Shown piece after piece: positions 29,514 to 32,000 of a DNA stretch of 32,000 nucleotides (position 1 is its first letter; each line of letters starts with the position of its first letter). Below the pieces are notes generated by a model, which saw nothing but the letters and a program-made list of their open reading frames with translations, was not told the origin of the DNA and ran no database searches. This DNA comes from an archaeon GW2011_AR10. GTDB taxonomy: Archaea > Iainarchaeota > Iainarchaeia > Iainarchaeales > GW2011-AR10. The stretch covers positions 1,209,429 to 1,241,428 of the forward strand of contig CP010424.1 in assembly GCA_000830275.1 (NCBI GenBank). Direction: 5' to 3'. The translations under genes and the position numbers were made by a program.

Positions 29514-32000
29514 TTGGACTTACTCGAGTTAGCCTTGATTGTTGCAGTAATTGTGCTTGTTCTAGTGAATGTTTTCATTTACTTTAGGAAGCGTGCCAAC
29601 TCTCCTTTAAACAGTTTCAGGGCTTCTATGTATTTGTTTTCCAGCAAGCCATTCCTTGCCCTCGTTTCAGTTGTTTTTGTTGTTGTTTTGTTTTTTGTTT
29701 TTCCTTTGCAGGAAACAGCCTCGTTTTTTGGTTCCAATGCTGTTGGTTTTGCTTCTTTTTCCGCAAATTTTTTTGATTCGTTTGTTTCCAAGGAAACCAT
29801 TGAAGCTGAACAGCCTTCTGATGAAACAATTGATGAGCAGCCAGCGTTTGAGCCGGAAGAAAAGGTTTTGCCTGAATTCGAGCCTTCAAATCCTTCCAAT
29901 TCATCCACTTTAACTGCACCAACTGCTCCTTCAACTCCATCTCCTTCTTCTTCCAGCAATTCTGCTGAAGAAGAATATTATTTGGGCAAACCCTGCTCCG
30001 AATTAAATTATTACCAGTTAAAACAAGCGCACAAGTTCAGGAAATGCCTTTCTGCGTCCTCCGATTCAGGCGGAAGTGGAGGCGGTGGCGGTTCTGGTGG
30101 GGGAAGCAGTGGCGGCAACAGTTTTTCTTCTAACCCTTCAGAAGAAGTGGTTCCTGTAATTCCTTTGCAGGAAGGGTTTCCTTTGCAGCTTGATTTGGGG
30201 AATGATGATTTTCTTAAGGTTAAAGCGAATAATGATTTTAATGTGGAATTGTTGGCGCCTAGTGATTCAGGTGTTTCTTTGGGGGACATTGATGGGGATG
30301 GCTATTTGGAAATTGTTTTGGCTTCAGATTATAGTCATCTTTATGCAATTAATCATGATGGAACAATGGTTTCCGGTTGGCCTGTAACTTTGGATTATTA
30401 TTTCGGAAATTTCTTGCAGTTGACTCCTGCTTTGGCTGATATTGAGGGGGATAGCAGGCTTGAGATAATTTCCGGTTCTACCACAGATTTAGTATATGCT
30501 TTTCATGATGATGGTTCTTTGGTGGAAGGCTGGCCTGTAAGTAGTGATAGTGTTGTATCCTGGGTGTCTGCTGCAATTGGTGATTTAGATGCTGATGGTG
30601 GTCTTGAAGTTTTAAGCGGTTCTTGGGGCGGCAGTCCTACTTATGTTTCTGCATTTCATGGAGATGGTTCGAATGTTGATGGGTGGCCAATTTATCTTGG
30701 TTCTGGTTATGTCCCAAAGCCTGCCTTGGCTGATTTAGACGGTGATGGAGAACTTGAAGTAATAACCAGCGGGGATGGTTTACGTGTATTTAACGCTGAT
30801 GGTTCTGTTGTTGAAGGGTTTCCAATTAATGTTCCGGTAAGTGGATCCCCAGTTGTTGTTGGTGATTTAGACAATGATGGTGATTTGGAAATAGTTGCTG
30901 GGGGATACCAAAATTTGTTTGCATTTCACCATAATGGAACTCCAGTAAGTGGCTGGCCAGTAGAAGTGCCAGGATATAATACCCCGATTTTAGCTGATTT
31001 GGATGGAGATAAACAGTTGGAGGTAATACCGTGGGTTGAGTTTTGGGAAAATGATAGTGTTAAAGAACATAGGCTATATGCTTTTCACGCCGATGGCTCT
31101 GCTGTTGCTGGTTGGCCTATTTCGTTAGGAGAAAATATTTATGTTAGCACTCCGATTGTTGGGGATATTGACAGTGACTCTCATCCTGAAGTGATTTTTG
31201 CTTCAAGTGATGGAAATGTTTATGCTTTTCATGGTGATGGCACTTTAGTTTCTGGTTTTCCTCTAAACTCTGCAGAAGGGGATTATTTTTACAGTAGTGT
31301 TCCAGCTATTGGTGACTTGGATTTGGATGGCGACATTGAGCTTGTTGCCGCTTCTCGTGGGCGTAGAACTGTTTATGTGTGGGATTTGCCTGGAGCATAC
31401 AATCCTGATTATATTGAGTGGGGCAAAGCCCATCACGATTTGTGGAACACTGGCTTGTATGGTTTCACGCCCGGAGATGTTTTGACTCCAAGCTCTTCCC
31501 TTAGAATAACCGATTTCAGCGAGAGTGTTTTGCTTTCTAATGAGCTTTTGGGAGTGAATTTTGAGGTCAAGAGCGGCAACAGTTTTAATGATGTGTCTTC
31601 AGTGCAGTACAGGTTCAGTGAGTCTGATTCCTGGCGTACTGCTTCTGTGAGGGGCGATGGTCACTATTTTCTTTCCTTGAATGCTCCTTCGCAGCCTGGC
31701 AACTACACTTTAACGATTAGAGCCAAAGTTAATGGGAAGTGGGTTTCAGACAGCCTTGAAATACAAGTCGTTGGAATTGATTTATCCATTGAATCAGTGA
31801 AGGCAATCCAAGTGGTTGAAGACGTTGACTTGGTGGCAGGCAAGGACACTGTTGTGAGGGTTACAGTGGTTAATAGCTCTGGAATTGGAACGAATGTTAA
31901 AGTAAAAATCAATTATAATGGTTGGGTGGAGGAAAAAACCGTTTTCGTGGAAGACAGAAAAACAGTTAATTTCTTTCCCCCAAATGATAAAACGAGGTGA
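29514..32000 (+). CDS. Large membrane-anchored surface protein with a FG-GAP-type beta-propeller and a C-terminal CARDB/Ig-like region
   Basis: TTG start after AAGGTGGGG. Two N-terminal TM helices, P/S/T and G/S linkers, then eight DxDxDG-type calcium-loop repeats (DIDGDGYLEIV, DLDADGGLEV, DLDGDGELEV, DLDNDGDLEIV..), each followed by AFHxDGSxVxGWP. The propeller closes with HHDLWNTG. The TGA stop falls exactly at 31998-32000. Confidence 0.85.
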   Translation: MDLLELALIVAVIVLVLVNVFIYFRKRANSPLNSFRASMYLFSSKPFLALVSVVFVVVLFFVFPLQETASFFGSNAVGFASFSANFFDSFVSKETIEAEQPSDETIDEQPAFEPEEKVLPEFEPSNPSNSSTLTAPTAPSTPSPSSSSNSAEEEYYLGKPCSELNYYQLKQAHKFRKCLSASSDSGGSGGGGGSGGGSSGGNSFSSNPSEEVVPVIPLQEGFPLQLDLGNDDFLKVKANNDFNVELLAPSDSGVSLGDIDGDGYLEIVLASDYSHLYAINHDGTMVSGWPVTLDYYFGNFLQLTPALADIEGDSRLEIISGSTTDLVYAFHDDGSLVEGWPVSSDSVVSWVSAAIGDLDADGGLEVLSGSWGGSPTYVSAFHGDGSNVDGWPIYLGSGYVPKPALADLDGDGELEVITSGDGLRVFNADGSVVEGFPINVPVSGSPVVVGDLDNDGDLEIVAGGYQNLFAFHHNGTPVSGWPVEVPGYNTPILADLDGDKQLEVIPWVEFWENDSVKEHRLYAFHADGSAVAGWPISLGENIYVSTPIVGDIDSDSHPEVIFASSDGNVYAFHGDGTLVSGFPLNSAEGDYFYSSVPAIGDLDLDGDIELVAASRGRRTVYVWDLPGAYNPDYIEWGKAHHDLWNTGLYGFTPGDVLTPSSSLRITDFSESVLLSNELLGVNFEVKSGNSFNDVSSVQYRFSESDSWRTASVRGDGHYFLSLNAPSQPGNYTLTIRAKVNGKWVSDSLEIQVVGIDLSIESVKAIQVVEDVDLVAGKDTVVRVTVVNSSGIGTNVKVKINYNGWVEEKTVFVEDRKTVNFFPPNDKTR

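Noticed and set aside
30060-30125. GGTGG/GGCGG-rich nucleotide repeat
   Set aside because: It encodes the Gly/Ser linker SGGSGGGGGSGGGSSGGNS of the surface protein and is not a regulatory or CRISPR repeat.

Overview
Archaeal chromosome segment. Evidence: Shine-Dalgarno-led and overlapping genes, intron-containing tRNAs, aIF5A, an Sm protein, L15e, RNase P protein subunits, proteasome alpha, exosome Rrp4/Rrp41/Rrp42, L37Ae, RpoP, Pcc1 and prefoldin beta. Lysine-rich tails on many proteins and a large FG-GAP surface protein hint at a small-genome (possibly DPANN-like) lineage, but taxonomy cannot be settled from this window. The region 14.0-21.4 kb is the conserved archaeal exosome/proteasome superoperon. 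Four accessory or unusual parts stand out. (1) An AT-rich island at 9.4-12.1 kb holds a three-gene LAGLIDADG homing-endonuclease operon that ends inside an intact tRNA-Val carrying a 38-nt D-loop intron. The whole cassette is bracketed by the two covarying halves of a broken tRNA gene and is followed by hicB plus a truncated hicA. (2) A structured intergenic repeat family has three copies (4.36, 11.55 and 22.86 kb) with compensatory stem changes. (3) Tandem covarying hairpins lie upstream of minD. (4) An AbiEi/AbiEii module lies between two diverged copies of the 5' membrane-anchor module of the surface-protein gene. Also notable are a MetRS with a C-terminal B3/B4 domain, a solitary bacterial-type ribBA, iteron-like direct repeats and a duplicated TATA element. 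No rRNA genes or CRISPR arrays were seen. All calls come from reading the sequence and remembered family signatures; no searches were run.
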